In this document: positions 36,271 through 36,813 of the stretch, piece after piece
Numbering within the stretch: position 1 is the stretch's first letter
Layout: each line of letters opens with the position of its first letter
Origin: a virus
Lineage: Duplodnaviria > Caudoviricetes
DNA: 36,813 bases
Direction: 5' to 3' (one strand)
IMG/VR virus record: IMGVR_UViG_3300016484_000181
Coordinates: 1-36,813 of that record
The notes under the pieces: model-generated
Seen by the model: the letters and a program-made list of their open reading frames with translations, nothing else
What the model was told of the DNA's origin: nothing
The model's database searches: none
Position numbers and translations under genes: made by a program

Positions 36271-36291
36271 AAAAAAAGGGCCCGAAGGCCC
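36271..36291 (-). terminator. Intrinsic terminator with a cUUCGg tetraloop
   Basis: Minus strand GGGCC-TTCG-GGCCC followed by T7. Confidence 0.9.
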
Positions 36292-36314
36292 AATTTTCAG
36301 AAATTTTGGATGAT

Positions 36315-36813
36315 TTATTTGATTTTTTTATCCCATCCCTTGTATGTTGCCATTTGTGCTATGACAGTGTTTCGATTTGCAGCATTGTCTGTTGCTAATT
36401 TTACAAAACCTTCAATCTTTCTAGGTTCCTTATTGAAATCTGCTCTCATTTGGTTTGATTTAGCAGTTCTTTCATTTTCTTGATATAACCTTGCTGCCTC
36501 TATATTTTTTTTAGCTGAAGCAACATAGTTATCCATAGCACCTGTATCACCACTTTTAGTTAAATCTGGAGTATAGATTTTTAGTTTAGATTTTTGACCT
36601 TCCTTCCAAACACCTCCAGATTCAGCATCTAGTGGATTTGTATCTAAACTCTTAAGGTCACCTCTTTTTGCATATCTAGCAGAAAGTCTACCAGTCTGAA
36701 TGTCTTCCTTAAACATCTCTCTAGATGCAGCTCTCTTTTCGGCTCCCTTCAATGATGTATCTTTTTTCCAGTCTCTCCTTTCAGCTCTTATGTCTTTAAT
36801 GTCTGATCTAATC
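36315..36813 (-). CDS. Hypothetical charged protein, 5'-partial
   Basis: The frame stays open from the TTG at 36752 to the right edge, so the true start is outside the window. Confidence 0.7.
   Translation of the reverse strand, partial: IRSDIKDIRAERRDWKKDTSLKGAEKRAASREMFKEDIQTGRLSARYAKRGDLKSLDTNPLDAESGGVWKEGQKSKLKIYTPDLTKSGDTGAMDNYVASAKKNIEAARLYQENERTAKSNQMRADFNKEPRKIEGFVKLATDNAANRNTVIAQMATYKGWDKKIK

Noticed and set aside
1-36813. Stop-codon reassignment, introns or inteins as in some crAss-like phages
   Set aside because: Genes are full length under the standard code, TAG and TGA end genes at tight junctions, and terminase, portal and capsid appear uninterrupted. No tRNA was recognised.

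Overview
Structural and late-gene region of a Bacteroidota-infecting (Flavobacterium-like) podovirus with crAss-like gene order. Nearly everything is on the minus strand. Read right to left it contains groEL-groES, a lone plus-strand putative regulator, a cluster of small basic proteins, a head-spike base and fibre genes, a lysis cassette (u-spanin-like, holin, amidase), a tandem GroES-like gene, terminase, portal, scaffold, major capsid, tail ring proteins, a split tail stabilisation/muzzle gene, a GNAT-like gene and three ejection proteins. The host is inferred from at least 11 TAnnTTTG (-7) promoter motifs at gene starts. Three observations stand out. (1) A virion protein with Cys-rich domains separated by mucin-like poly-Thr tracts is translationally coupled (TAATG) to an HPAT/SERGT-like peptide O-glycosyltransferase, a candidate phage-encoded self-glycosylation system. 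(2) A giant ejection protein missed by the ORF track (over 1320 aa, running off the left edge) carries a SAM-lyase-like domain and an HExxH zincin. (3) A 49-aa basic gene is nested out of frame inside that giant gene. All family calls are by eye from motifs and synteny; no searches were run.
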